A stretch of 62,820 nucleotides of DNA, filler included, from Chiloscyllium plagiosum (lineage: Eukaryota): NCBI RefSeq assembly GCF_004010195.1. It is 3 parts of one record of this genome, joined end to end, with 100 filler letters (N's around TTAATTAATTAA, not from the genome) between each part and the next. Parts side by side here need not be neighbours in the genome. Positions count along the whole stretch, not along the records: positions 1 to 18,064 come from NC_057715.1; 2 more parts are not named here. One strand, given 5' to 3'. Position numbers and translations under genes: made by a program. Below the pieces are notes generated by a model that saw only the letters and a program-made list of their open reading frames with translations, searched no databases and had not been told where the DNA came from. Each line of letters opens with the position of its first letter. The stretch's first letter is position 1. Positions 1 to 12,919 of the stretch are shown piece by piece.

Positions 1-90
1 GCTTCCAATTAAACCTGTTGGACTGTAACCTGGTGTTGTGTGATTTCTAACTTTGTACACCCCAGTCCAACACTGGCATCTCCGAATCAT
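1..90 (+). mobile_element. Penelope-like pLTR fragment, family B (cut by window edge)
   Basis: Same aaacctgttggactataacctggtgttgtgtga...ccccagtccaacac sequence as at 4570, 11730, 50095 and 62000. Confidence 0.7.
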
Positions 91-94
91 GTCT

Positions 95-266
95 ATGGAG
101 TAGTTTAGCATGGCCAGTCCACCTAACCTGCAAATCTTTGGTCTGTGAGACGAAACCCACGTAGATTTGGGGAGAATGTGCAAACTCCACACAGGCAGTC
201 ACTGGCAGCTGGTATCGAACCCAGATTCCTGGTACTGTGAGGCAGCAGTACTAGCCACTGTGCCAG
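95..266 (-). mobile_element. HE1-type V-SINE, degenerate
   Basis: tRNA-like head and V-domain remnants. Confidence 0.7.
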
Positions 267-1177
267 TATATAATCAGAGCAGATATATTGGAGACAAATG
301 GCGAAAGATCGAAGATGTGATCGGACAATTTATTTTACTCAATTTGGCATTATCGTTGGAATCCATTGCTAGAAGGAGTTGTGGAAACAGGTATAATACT
401 ACATTTTCAAGAGAAGGTCGTTTACACACTTAAAGAAAACAATGCAGGGCTAAGAGTATTGGGACTTGATGGATTACTTGTTGAAAGGCACAACAGAATT
501 GAATGCTGTATGGATTTCTGAAATCAAATTGTGCATTTCTGAGAATACAGTAAGGCATATCATGGATTATTTAAGAAGGCTTATAATTGAAATTATTCTA
601 GTAGGTAACATGTATGAGTGAAAATTAGCCTAGAATGAAAGTTTGATCACTTGTCTTCTAGTCCAGAGAACCACTGTGGTATAAATGAGGATAAGTTCCT
701 TCACTAACTTGATTAATTTTAAGATTTTTTTCCAGTTTGTGAACATTCAGTTATTTACCAAACTATTTATTTGGTACAGCTTGATGAAGTAATGATATTT
801 TAACTGTGTATGACTGATTTATGTGATAAAACTCTCATTTTGCATTGTAGCCAATGACCCGTACAATTCGTTATGCAAGCAGATGTTAAAATGTTAAATT
901 TTGTTTTACATTTATATTTTCAGAATTATGATGCTTTCTGTGTTAAAACACACGAAATCAACTGTCAAGTTCTGGTTTTTGAAGAATTACCTATCTCCTA
1001 CTTTCAAAGTAAGGGAACTTTGATATTCAGTACATTAGATGGGAAATATTGGAAACACTTCAGCAGCGTCTGCAAAGAGAACAGCCAAATTGACATTATG
1101 GTTGTGCACATCACTTACCAGAATTGATCTGCTGCTGTGTTTTCAGAATTTTCTGTTTTTGTCTCCAATTTTAAGCT

Positions 1178-1602
1178 ATAGAGTCATAGAGATGTACAGA
1201 ATGGAAACAGACCCTTCGGTCCAACCCGTCATGTCGACCAGATATCCCAGCCCAATCTAGTCCCACCTGCCAGCACCCGCCCATATCCTTCCAAACCCTT
1301 CCTATTCATATACCCATCCAAATGCCTCTTAAATGTTGCAANNNNNNNNNNNNNNNNNNNNNNNNNNNNNNNNNNNNNNNNNNNNNNNNNNNNNNNNNNN
1401 NNNNNNNNNNNNNNNNNNNNNNNNNNNNNNNNNNNNNNNNNNNNNNNNNNNNNNNNNNNNNNNNNNNNNNNNNNNNNNNNNNNNNNNNNNNNNNNNNNNN
1501 NNNNNNNNNNNNNNNNNNNNNNNNNNNNNNNNNNNNNNNNTGTACTCAATACTCTGACCAATAAAGGAAAGCATACCAAACGCCTTCTTCACTATCCTAT
1601 CT
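1178..1602 (-). mobile_element. CR1 LINE 3' end spanning a gap
   Basis: ATFKRHLDGYMNRKGLEGYG; (gactctat)-type tail. Confidence 0.85.
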
Positions 1603-2039
1603 ATCTACAACTAAATTACTTACTGTAATTGACACAAAGTATGTAATGACACCATTTATCCACCAAATTGCATTTATACATACATTTACCATTCAAGTCA
1701 AACCTTGCCCCACTTTTCCAGCTGCACTAGAATTATGTTAAATAGTCAACCTCAATTGTTCTTTCCAAGAATGCAGTTTATTCGTGGTATGCTGTTACCA
1801 GGCACTGGGTGTCAAGCTGCTGATAGATCCTGTTTAGTGAATATGCATGGAAGTTTGACACATCCACACAATACAGACTATGCATGATGATCATGAACAC
1901 ATTGGGCGCCTCTGCAAAACTAAGTGAAGTGTGGAAGAAGTAACATGTACAAACCCATCAAATAACTATTAATAAAGAACTGATCTGAGCGTGTAAAGAA
2001 GAGTCCACACTAAAGAAGATGCCCACGACCAAGTGCACC

Positions 2040-3550
2040 ATGTGAACAAGCACCAGTCACTGGCCTAGCCTTGAAAATATGGGTCTGAATAACTCCTCAA
2101 AAATTGTCAGATGGTGCGATTGTCATCAGAAATGCAATGCATTTATATGCACTCAAATGGAGAAAGTGAGGACTGCAGATGCTGGAGATCAGAGCTGAAA
2201 ATGTGTTGCTGGAAAAGCGCAGCAGGTCAGGCAGCATCCAAGGAGCAGGAGAATCTACGTTTCGGGCATGAGCCCTTCTTCAGGAATCCTGAAGAAAGCC
2301 CTGAAGAAGGGCTCATGCCCGAAACGTCGATTCTCCTGCTCCTTGGATGCTGCCTGACCTGCTGCGCTTTTCCAGCAACACATTTTCAGCTATGCACTCA
2401 AATGGGTCAATTCAAACCTCGAGTCCAGCAAAGATCTCAATAGGTAGTTGGTGCAGTGGCTTTATGGGGAAAAAAATGCCTTTCTGCCTGCAGCAGAAAA
2501 CCAGTATCACCCAGACACTACCAAAATGCCACAATGCCAGAATAAACAGTTTCCAGCTGTACATTATCAGACAGCAGGAAAAACATGAGTATCATGATGC
2601 CGTATGTGCACAATGGACAAATATGAAATTTGATATGACCAGTATCTGAACTGAGGAGTGTGAAGTTTGAAAGCACTTGGAGTGAAGACCACAGGCCATA
2701 AGAAGAAGGATTCGTGCTGATACTTGCTTGCGTGGTGTGTGAAACAAAATAAAAACCTATGATAATTTTAAAAGATAAAGTCATGACAAGAACAAGTTTC
2801 TTCAAGGAATTTTTCTGCATGCTGCTGGTAACAGTTTGATAGGTGTGGATGGAGTGATTTTATGGATCAGATAATATGTGGAATAGATGACTTTGTGACC
2901 TGAATGCTGCTTAGTCTGGGACGTTTTCAAAATCCATATAACTGATAAGATCAAGAGATGCCTATGAAGAAATAAATTCCACATTGCAGTTATACCATAT
3001 TAACATTTGTGGTTTAACATTTGGAAGTGTGTGTCAACAAATCAATTAAGAATCATGATCAGACTGAATAGAATATGAGGCTGCTTAATGGAGAAAACAA
3101 ACTTTCACAAACAGTGGCAGTTAGCTGTCTGCTGCATGTTTTGTGTAGTTTCATTATAAAATTGTGTAATTAATGGAAAGACTATCATCAGATGATTCAT
3201 AAATGAAGACTTTTTAATTCAGTGGATGGAGAGGAAAATAATTTGTTGTTTGGCAGTTGGGGTAGGTAGCATTCTGAAGTTGAAAACACCACATATAAAG
3301 TGCAGATTTTGACAATCTGAACCAACATAAAGTGCTGAAGAAACTCAGCAGGTCTGGCAGCATCCTTGGAGCGAGAAACAGAGTTAGTGTTTCAGTCCAG
3401 TATGACTTCTACAGAACTGACAACAGCACGTCTACTCCAGATTGGGACCCCGATGATGATTTCATAGCCAAAGTGACTCAGACTGAATTTGATCAATTCT
3501 TTCCATCAATTAATGAAGGCAATGAATTTGATGGAAATTCAAATGATTAA
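2040..3550 (+). mobile_element. Highly degenerate pogo-family DDE transposase (POGK/Passer-like), interrupted by Penelope repeats
   Basis: Disrupted frames give WCSGFM..QKTSITQTLP, MKFDM, VKTTGHKK..F.LILAC, KPMII, LVWDVFKIHITDKIK, IAVIP, LEVCVNK and an acidic C-terminus (DFIAKVTQTEFDQFF...EFDG*), in the order of a CENP-B/DDE_1 transposase. Confidence 0.7.
2161..2390. mobile_element. Penelope-like family A, inverted pLTR pair with hammerhead motifs
   Basis: Inverted arms meet at about 2287. 15-bp TSD tatgcactcaaatgg at 2146-2160 and 2391-2405. CTGAAGA-A-GGGC-TCAT-GCCC-GAAAC-GTC at 2301-2328. Confidence 0.85.
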
Positions 3551-3727
3551 GTTGTATGATTAAGAAATGATTAATTGTATTAATTAATTTAATTTACATA
3601 TTATTAATTATTAACATTTAATTTATTCAATTAATCATGGCAGCATAATTTAATATGAATTACCAGTGAGATTTTATTCTCACATACCAAAATGACAACT
3701 ACTTATAACCATACTGGCTATATGTGT

Positions 3728-4062
3728 TAGATTAAAGATTAAATTCCTTACCGTGTGGAAACAAACCATTTGGCCCAACAAGTCCACACCGACCCTCCAA
3801 AGAGAAACCCATCCAAACTCATTTCTCGACGCTATATTTACCCTGATTATGCACCTGACACTATGTGCAATTTAGCATGGCCAATTCACCTGATCTGCAC
3901 ATCTTTGGACTGTGGGAGGAAACCGGAGCACCCAGAGGAAACCCACGCAGACATGGGAAGAATGTGCAAACTCCACACAGACAGTGGCCCAAAGTGGGAA
4001 TTGAACCCCGGTCCCTGATGCTGTGAGGCAGCAGTGCTAACCACTGAGCCACCATGCTGCCC
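3728..4062 (-). mobile_element. HE1-type V-SINE
   Basis: A/B boxes, V domain, CR1-derived tail. Confidence 0.85.
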
Positions 4063-4277
4063 TACGTGTATATGCCATACCTGGTGTTCAAGACAGTGCC
4101 CATTTTGAGACAATTTTGAGAAGGTTACAGGCCAACATTTCCAGCAATGGTGTGTGGTTCCCTTAACTACTTCTTGTATGTAACTTTGCACTAGTGGTTA
4201 TGTAAGACACTAATTGGAGAAGCTACTTATAAAGTAATGTCTTTGACTTGCTTGACAACTTTAATTTCCTCACATAG

Positions 4278-4460
4278 GAGTTCATTCCAGAAATGGCGAA
4301 TGAATATGGATTCCAGTATGAACTGGTACAGTACAAGTGGCCGAGGTGGCTCCATCAGCAAACAGAGAAGCAGAGAATTATTTGGGGCTACAAGATCCTG
4401 TTTCTTGATGTCCTCTTCCCATTAGCTGTTAACAAAATTATCTTTGTTGATGCTGACCAG
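4278..4460 (+). CDS. UGGT2: UDP-glucose:glycoprotein glucosyltransferase, internal coding exon (GT24 catalytic domain, DxD motif)
   Basis: Acceptor cacatag| and donor CAG|gtaaat; 183 bp, phase 0-0. Translates [69 protein letters not shown] resembles UGGT2 rather than UGGT1; paralog call less certain than family call. Confidence 0.93.
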
Positions 4461-4569
4461 GTAAATATGTCTCTTTTGAATGATGGCATGGCTCACATTG
4501 GGATTCATTGCTGACAGTTTTCTTGGATCTGTGGCCTGGTCACAGAATGTCAGAGTGTTTCTGAATTTT

Positions 4570-4718
4570 CAAAGTTAAAAATCACACAACACCAGATTAT
4601 AGTCCAACAGGTTTAATTGGAAGCGCTAGCTTTCGGAGTGCCGCTCCTTCAAAACCTGTTGGACTATAACCTGGTGTTGTGTGATTTCTAACTTTGTACA
4701 CCCCAGTCTAACACTCCA
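4570..4718. mobile_element. Penelope-like family B, inverted pair
   Basis: Inverted copies of caaagttaaaaatcacacaacaccagg...; partial hammerhead on the minus strand. Confidence 0.7.
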
Positions 4719-6825
4719 AAGACTTTTCCGGTTAATACATTAAAACACAGTGATAGGAACAGGAATAGCCATACTACTTCTCAATTCTGCTCAACTATTC
4801 AGTAACATTGTGCCTAATTTTTAACTTCAGTTCCCACTTTTCTATTGGATCCTTCTATACCTTGCCACCCTAAGAGACCAAAAATACACCTTGAGTGTAT
4901 TTAATGATTAAGCATCCACAGACCTCTGTGGTGGAAATTTCTAAAGATTTGCAAACGTGCCAATGAAGACATCCCTCCTCATTTCCTTTATTTGAGACTG
5001 TTTTCTAGTTCTAGATCCTCCATTGAGGGAAAGCAGCACCTCAACATCTACATGTTAATCCCCTCAGAAGTTTACATTTTTCCAAGAGATCACATCTCCT
5101 CCTTTAAAGAATCTCGGTCCATTCCACACAAACTCTAAGACTGGTCTGTGAGCCAAGAAATCAATTGAGTTAACCTGTTTTTGTGGCACTTCTAATACAT
5201 AATATCCCTGCTCCAAAAAGGCACATAATGCCCTTGATATGATTTTATCAACACCTGGAGTTAAAAACAAGAAGATTTCAATATACCTTGCAAAAAAGAC
5301 CAGCATATTATTTTCCTCCTTAATGTACCTGCATATTAATCTTTTATATTTCTTCGATGGGAATACCCATTACTTATAGTACCAACAATGTTTTTTGCTA
5401 TTTTAAAATTTATTCTGGTTTTCGATATTCCTGCTGATGGGACCAGCCTCTAATGCCCACATGTTATCTCCAATCTACTACTTTGTTATAAATTCATATC
5501 ATTCACCTTTATCTCTTTAAAACTTACTGGTTCATCCAGCTTTCTTTCATCATCAAACATGGTCAATGCACTCATCCTAAATCATTGATGTAGAATCACA
5601 GCTGAGATCAAAGAAACTCTCTTTGTGGCAAATCCAATGCTTTCAATGAGTCCAATCCCATCATCACTTACCTGAAGGCAGTGCCTTGCCTCATTCTCTT
5701 TCCATATCTCTCTGCCTTATGTCATTCTAATGTCAACCATCTAACATTGATGACTTCTTTTCTCCTATATTTCCTTAAAATCTTCCCTCAATAACTGTTT
5801 CCTCCTAAAATGTGCTCTAATTTCTACCTTTTCATGAGAATGCTCAACTAATTACATTGTTAATTTATTCTTCACAGCTCATCATTTGTACCTTTTTCTG
5901 TCCAACTGATCCATCCTTTTCTGCTTCAAGCCCATATCTCAAAGCTGTTTGATCTGCTTCTGCTGTGCAAGGTTGGAACAACTTGAAGATACACTGTTTA
6001 TTTCAACTTTCTGTTTTTTGCCTGTTAACCAATATTTTGTCCTTGTTATTTTTTTCACCCCAATTCCATCAGCCCTTATTTAGCTTCTTATGCATCTTGA
6101 AGAGTACCTTACAGAAATCCAAGTATTCGCGCGCACTGGCTCCCCTAAAACTACCTAGCCAGTAAAATAATCAAAAAGTTTGAATACATTTGTCATCAGG
6201 ATTGACCTTTTTTGATGCTGATTCTGCCTAATCTTTGTCATGAATACCTAAGTACCTTTAACACCTTCCTATTAATGGATTCCAGCAAGTTCAGAATGAC
6301 TCATGTGAAGCCAAAAGTTTATGTTTTTCTGTCTCCCTCCATTCTCAAGTAGCAGTGATATATTTGTCATGCTCCATTTGACTGAGGTCATCCTAGAATC
6401 AAAGGAAATATTTAATGGATCCATTATCACTTTTTCTAGGAGCCAGAATGTAAGCAATCGGATTCAGATTTATTTTTTTCTCTATTGTTTTTGAGGATAT
6501 GAATTACTTCGAGAGCTGGGCTTTCACCATAGAGGCGGAAAGATTGATGCAGGAAATTTCCCAACTTTGCAGACCATCTCCTTTAACACATAATATATTT
6601 CATCTCCATACCCCCTCTATATCCCTATTTCGTTTTGATGCCCCCTGCCACATCGTTTGTACCTATTCACACTATATGTGTCATAGAACCAGTAAGCCAA
6701 ATAACAAAGACAAGTTTTGAATTGCACTTTTTTAAAAAAAATGCCATTCAGAAATCTGCTTAGAAAAGACTGCTACTGTTACGGTATATAAAAGAATCAG
6801 TCAAACAGACATGTAATATCATAGA

Positions 6826-7862
6826 AAGGCCGAGGCATAGTGTTAATGGCACTGAACTAGTAATTCAGAACCCAGGCACAATTTGAATCTCACCATGGCA
6901 GGTATTGAAAATTGTCTTCAATAAAAAGTCTGGAATAAAATCCTAAACTAATAGCAACCATTGTAACCACTGTTAATTGTCACTTAGAAAAGATCTGGTT
7001 TATTCGTGTCTTTTAGGGAATCTGCCATCTGTTATGGGTCAGGCCAGGTCCCCTCAAACATTTTAAGAAGGTAGCCCAGACCCGAACCTTTCTAATTGTT
7101 CTAGGCAGATGTAGAGTGAATATCCCAGGAGTGATGCAGCTGGTCAAACCATTTGGATTCAAGTAAAACTGAATTTATTTACACACCGCTGAATTAAATA
7201 CAAATCAAAGAAACAGAATTTGGAATAACAACGATTTGAAAACCTAACCAACTCTATTGCAACTTAATGATGCTGTTCCAATTTCCTACGACATCCCCAT
7301 AAGCACATCCCCTGGCAAAAAGATAAATTCAAACCCAGGTTTTTACAGGAGAGATGTTAGAGAGAGGGAGAGAGAGATCAGCCAAGGATCATTTGCTGAA
7401 GCATGAACTCTCTTTCCACTGTAGCTGCTTCTCTGTCTCCAGCAGTTTTTTAACCAGCAGCTTCGGCTCGGCTGCTTACTTAAACCCAAACCAAACGAGG
7501 AAAAATCCCTGAACTAGGAGAACTGGTCACTCCTCTTTTATTGCAGAATTTTTTTAAAAAAAAAAGCTTAAAAGCCTTTTCCCTGATTTTTGCCTTGGGC
7601 AGTATTTATTAACCATTAGCAAAGACCCCAAAAGCCCAGACAAATCAGAACTTCTGCCTTTTACAATCCCTCTTGAAAAAGACAAAAGACAACATGCCCT
7701 TGTTAAAGGAGTAGCATAATCACACATCCTTACCCGGTCTAGTCTTTTTGTGACTCCAGACCTACAGCAATGTGATTGACTCTGAACTGCCTGTAGGAAA
7801 ATGAGGATTGGGTAATAAATGCTAGCCTAGCCAGTGATGTCCACATCCTCTGAATGTATAAA
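6826..7862 (+). mobile_element. Second tRNA-derived SINE family, split by a solo LTR
   Basis: Homologous to 49746-50056; tail shared with the L2-like LINE. Confidence 0.7.
7030..7724 (-). mobile_element. Solo LTR inserted in a tRNA-derived SINE
   Basis: TG...CA termini, 4-bp TSD catc (7026-7029 and 7725-7728); host SINE sequence resumes exactly. Confidence 0.8.
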
Positions 7863-8436
7863 AATTAAGAAAATAACCCTTGCCTCATTTCACACAGCTT
7901 AATATTGTTTAAATACATAAGCAGATGTTAAATTAAGGCATTAAGGAAACTAATAACTTAACAATGAAGTCAATCAATTAAATCATACAATCTGCTTCCA
8001 TTTATGATAACTGATTCCCACTGATCACAATTTAGAAACACTCGAGCAGCACAGCCAAGCATTCGTAATAACATTTCTATGAATTTAATTTTTACAAAAG
8101 GTAGCATATCTGTTTCTGCAGATAATCCAGGCACATAACAAGACTATCCCAGTGTGGTGTTTGGTTTATACAACTGGAAAGAACTGCTGTCTTTCTTTGA
8201 TTTAACATTTTTTTACTGGTTGTGTTGTTATTCTTTCTATGCTCTCTTTTGTTGTGTATCAGTATTATTTGACTAAATTTAAGATTTGTGAAGTGTTTAA
8301 AACCTATTATTGATACTTTAATTGCTCGGTTGACACTTCCATAGTGCTGTAGGAACAGTTTATGCTTTCAAATATTTTGTGAATGAGTTGAGATGGAGAT
8401 GGAAGTGAGGTAAGTGGGGGTGAGGGAGAGAGTAGG

Positions 8437-8572
8437 CGAAAGTGAGGACTGCAGATGCTAGAGATCAGAGTCAAGATTAGAGTGGTGCTGGAAATGCACA
8501 GCAGGTCAGGCAGCATCTGAGGAGCAGGAAAATCGATGTTTCAGGCAGGTGCCCTTCATCAGGAATGAGACT
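8437..8572 (-). mobile_element. Penelope-like family A pLTR fragment
   Basis: Homologous to 2161-2287; degenerate hammerhead CTGATGA...GAAACATC on minus. Confidence 0.7.
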
Positions 8573-9250
8573 GAGGGTGAGAGGCTCTAATAGTCTTTAG
8601 TACATCTCAAGTGCAGTTTGAGAGAACTGAGACAGATTCTCACCCCAACTTAGCATGGCACCTGGCTACCCACCATGGCCACCTTTCCTATGCTTCTGAT
8701 TCAGGGCTCCAACTCTATTCTGCACCTGCCTGCCCTAATGTGTTCCTCCAATTCCAATGTAATCTCTGGTAACAAGAAGACTTGAATCTGGGTCCTTACT
8801 GAGAACAGGTTTCAGAAGATTTATTCATGGAGCAACATTAAAACTCTAGCATAGACATTGGTATAGACTGGGCTCAGGGTGGCTAACGACTCTGCTAATG
8901 GATTACAAAGTAGCTGGAGCTAGTCGAGATGGAGCTGATGCCTTTATTGGAGAGTATGATTTATTGTTTATATAGCTATTTTTACAATGCTTCAATTATG
9001 TTAATCTTTTCTTGACATTGAGCGGCTCCATACTTTATCAAATTTAATGCAATTTTTCAGTATAATCATCTTATCTTCACTTCTGTAGCTCCACATCTTT
9101 TAAATCTTTGCTTATGCAAGGTACTTCTCCTTTCACAAAGCCAACAAAATGGCAGGTGATCACACAGATGTCATCACTTAACTCCTTTAAGGATACATGC
9201 TTGCCTGGTACATGCAGCATCACAACATTTCAAAGAGCAAAGCTCATAAC

Positions 9251-10290
9251 ATTTGAGATGTGGATGTCGCTGACTAGCCAGCATTTATTGCCTGTCCTTA
9301 GTCGCCCTTGAGTAGCTAGTGGGGAGCTGGCTTTTTGAACACCTACTGTGGGTTGATTCACAATGCCATGAAAAGGGAATTCCAGGATTTTGATTCAAAT
9401 ACTGTGAAGGAACATTGATATATTTCCAAGTCAGGATGGTGAATGGCTTGGAGAGAAACTTGAAGGTAGTGGCATTCTCATGTATCTACTGCCCTTATCC
9501 TTCTAGATGAAAGTGGTTGTGGGTTTGGGATGTGCTGTCTGAGGATCTTTAGTAAATTGCAGCAGTCATACTGCTACTACTGAGTGTCAGTGCTGGAGGG
9601 AGTTGGTACTTGTGGATGCAGTGCCAATCAAGGGGGTGGGGGGTGCTTTGTCCTGGATGGTGTCAAGCTTTTTGAATGTTGTTAAGGCTGCAGTCATTGA
9701 GCAAGTAGGAGTATTGTATCACACTCCTGACTTGTGCCTTGTAGATGATGGGCAGGCTTTGGGAAATCAGGTGATGATTTACATGCTGCATTCTTCCTAG
9801 CATCTGACCTGATCTTGTAGCCACTGTGTCTGTGGCAAGTTCAGTTGAGTATCTGGTCAATGATAACCCCCAAAATGCTGACAATAGAATTTGAGTGATG
9901 GTAATAACATTTAATGTAAAATCACCCACATAAAGTAGATTTTGTGCCCTGCCATCCTCAATGCTTCCTCAAACTATTGCTCAACATGGAGGAGTACTGA
10001 TTCATCAGCCGAGGGAAGACAGTCTCATCCATGCTTAACCTGAAGCCACAAGACTTCAAGGTCTGAAATCAATGTTGAGGACTCCCAGGGCAACCCCCTC
10101 CTGACTGTATACCAACTGTGCTGCCACCATTGATGGATTGGTCCCATCAGGAGGACCGGATACATCCATAGATGGTGATAGTGTTGCCTGGGACATTATC
10201 TATTAGATAGGATTCCATGAGCATGATTATGTCAGGATGTTGCTTGACTAGTCTGTGAAACAGCTCTCTCAGGTTTGGCATTAGTCCCCA
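9251..10290 (-). mobile_element. L2/CR1-group LINE 3' fragment
   Basis: QSLPIIYKAQVRSVIQYS; same family as 15470-16190. Confidence 0.7.
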
Positions 10291-10399
10291 TGAGTGAGGA
10301 TTACAGTGTTGACAGGACTGTTTCTGTCATTGTTTTTTCCAGATCGATGCCAAGTGATCATCTGGTTTCATTTCTTTGAGACTTTGGTTGATACAAGTG

Positions 10400-10660
10400 A
10401 ATGGCTTGCTAGGCCATTTCAAAGGGCATTTAAGAGCCAACCACATTGCTGTGGATCTGGAGTCACATGTAGGCCAGACCAGGTGAAGATGGCAGCTTTC
10501 CTTCCCTGAAGGGCATTAGTGAACCAGATGTGTTTTTCTGACAATCGACAATTGTTTCTTGGTCATCACGACATTCTTAATTCTAGTTTTTTTTAAATTG
10601 AATTCATATTCCACCAACTGCTTTGGTAGGATTTGAACCACAATCTCAAAATGTTAGCTG
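10400..10660 (-). mobile_element. Second tRNA-derived SINE family
   Basis: ccacattgctgtggatctggagtcacatgtaggccagacc core. Confidence 0.7.
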
Positions 10661-10849
10661 AGTTATATCAAGGCGGGACCAGCAATCCAGGGAAATTTCC
10701 CGACTTGAACTACTTGCCTCGATCCTGAAAATCTGGCCCAAAGTGTTTTACTGAGATTTCTCTCCCACCATTATTGACCAATGCAGTAAAATACCATTAA
10801 CTTTTATTTTAACAAAAGCTGAAATCAAAAGAATGAAGCAGGGTTAATA

Positions 10850-11182
10850 TGTTATCTTTTATTGTTTAAATAGCTATTTTTACAATGCCTCAGTTGGGTT
10901 ATTGAACAACTCCATACTTTCTCAAACTTAGTGTAATCTTTTGGCATTTTATCCTATCTTCACAGCTCCAGCTCCACATCTTTCAATTCTTTGCGTATGA
11001 TATCATGAAAGATACTTCTTCTTTCATGATATCATACGCAAAGAATTGAAAGATGTGGAGCTGGAGCTGTGAAGATAGGATAAAATGCCAAAAGATTACA
11101 CTAAGTTTGAGAAAGTATGGAGTTGTTCAATAACCCAACTAAGGCATTGTAAAAATAGCTATTTAAACAATAAAAGATAACA
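10850..11182. repeat. Long palindrome, 163-bp arms, 7-nt spacer
   Basis: 10850-11012 is the reverse complement of 11020-11182; one mismatch seen (10891/11141). Confidence 0.95.
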
Positions 11183-11310
11183 ATGAAAGATACTTCTTCT
11201 TTCATGATATCATGAAAGTTAACAAACTCTTCCTTTAAAAAATTGTAAAACATTTTTTAAAATTAAGCGCTTGCCAGTTTTAAGCATTGACTTTTACTCC
11301 TCCCTTGAAG

Positions 11311-11471
11311 ATTGTGAGAACTGATTTAAAAGAACTGGAGGAGTTGGATCTAGAAGGTGCACCCTATGGATACACACCATTCTGTGACAGTCGTAAAGAA
11401 ATGGATGGTTACCGCTTCTGGAACTCAGGATACTGGGCCTCACATTTGGGAGGCAGAAAATACCACATAAG
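11311..11471 (+). CDS. UGGT2: UGGT internal coding exon
   Basis: Acceptor cccttgaag| and donor ATAAG|gtacaa; 161 bp. [53 protein letters not shown](S), in frame with the previous exon. Confidence 0.93.
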
Positions 11472-11729
11472 GTACAACCTACCATCGTAGCAATGCCAGA
11501 TCTTTTTTCTAAAATTTCATTAAGAATGTATTACTGTAGAAATTAATATCTATTGTTTGCCACATCTTTTATATTTTTTCAAAACCACTGATGTTATTGC
11601 CTGCTGAATGATACATCTAAAACAGTGGTATGTGTCTTTTTGTAATTAATAAAGATGCAAGGGTCACTAGACAGGCACGTATTTATTGCCATCTTGAAAA
11701 GCTGAGGATGAGCTATCTTCTTGAAACAA

Positions 11730-11931
11730 AGTTTAAAAATCACACAACACCAGTTTATAGTCCAACAGGTTTATTTGGAAGTACAAGCTTTTGGAGCGCT
11801 GCTCCTTTGCCAGGAAGGAGCAGCACTCCAAAAGCTTGTACTTGCAAATAAACCTGTTGGTCTATAACCTGGTGTTATGTGATTTTTAACTTTGACCACC
11901 CCAGTCCAACACGGGCACCTCCACATAATGA
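11730..11931. mobile_element. Penelope-like family B, inverted pair
   Basis: Inverted arms plus tail; 13-bp TSD cttcttgaaacaa at 11717-11729 and 11932-11944. Confidence 0.8.
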
Positions 11932-12288
11932 CTTCTTGAAACAAGAATATGATGGTCTGGGCGATCGCTGAGCCACTTGGATAATTAACTATGGAAGTGT
12001 GGGACTGGAGTCACAAGTATACCAGTCGGAGTAAGAATGCAAGGGTTCCTTCACTCAGCAAATTCAAAGTGTTAATCATACACTTCAGCAGGGAAGTGCA
12101 CTCCCTGTCATGACTGTGTCCATTTTTCTGAGAATTTGTTAACCTATTTTACTAATTTCAATGGCCTTTATTCAGAGATACTTTGATTTGAAACGATGAT
12201 TCAATTAATTACTGCATGGTGCTTTTTTGGAAACTGTCTTGCATATGATGTTATAATGAAGAAAATTTGCAACTATCTTTTATTCTAG

Positions 12289-12403
12289 TGCTTTATATGT
12301 TGTGGATTTAAAAAGGTTCAGAAAAATAGCAGCAGGTGATCGCCTTCGAGGTCAGTACCAAGCACTCAGTCAGGATCCCAACAGCCTGTCCAATCTGGAT
12401 CAG
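12289..12403 (+). CDS. UGGT2: UGGT internal coding exon
   Basis: Acceptor ttattctag| and donor CAG|gtcagt; 115 bp, completes the split Ser codon. (S)[44 protein letters not shown] is UGGT2-like. Confidence 0.93.
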
Positions 12404-12919
12404 GTCAGTGTTTCCTTAACTTTCCAGTGGATAATACACATTGTTGAAGATGGTCCAGCTATTTTACTATATCTACAGAGTCTAATTTTTCTGTATTTAC
12501 TTTAAGTCTTAATTGAATTGATTACTTTTGTTGATGATTGTGTTTGAATATATTGTAACAACATGGAGGTAATTTTCAACACTGGCAGAAGCAATTTGAT
12601 AGTCAAATGATTGTTTGTTTCAGAACACATTTGTTGGTTTGCATAACAATTAACTGATCCACCTCATCTAATTTGAAAATTACTCTCTCCATCTTTTTTT
12701 CTTTCCTGTCAGTAATACGTCTTATGCTTTCAGTAAATGAGAAGCTAAGCTTTGGGAGAGTCCACACTCTCCTCATGAAGTTAGACATAAATATGCACTT
12801 TTTTATACAAAGAAAAAGTTAGGATTGGAATTTCGGGTCAGCGACATCTAGATGTTCCAAATACCTACCTGAAACGGTCTAACTCATTGGCTATGCAGAC
12901 CAGAGCCAGTCTGCTTATC

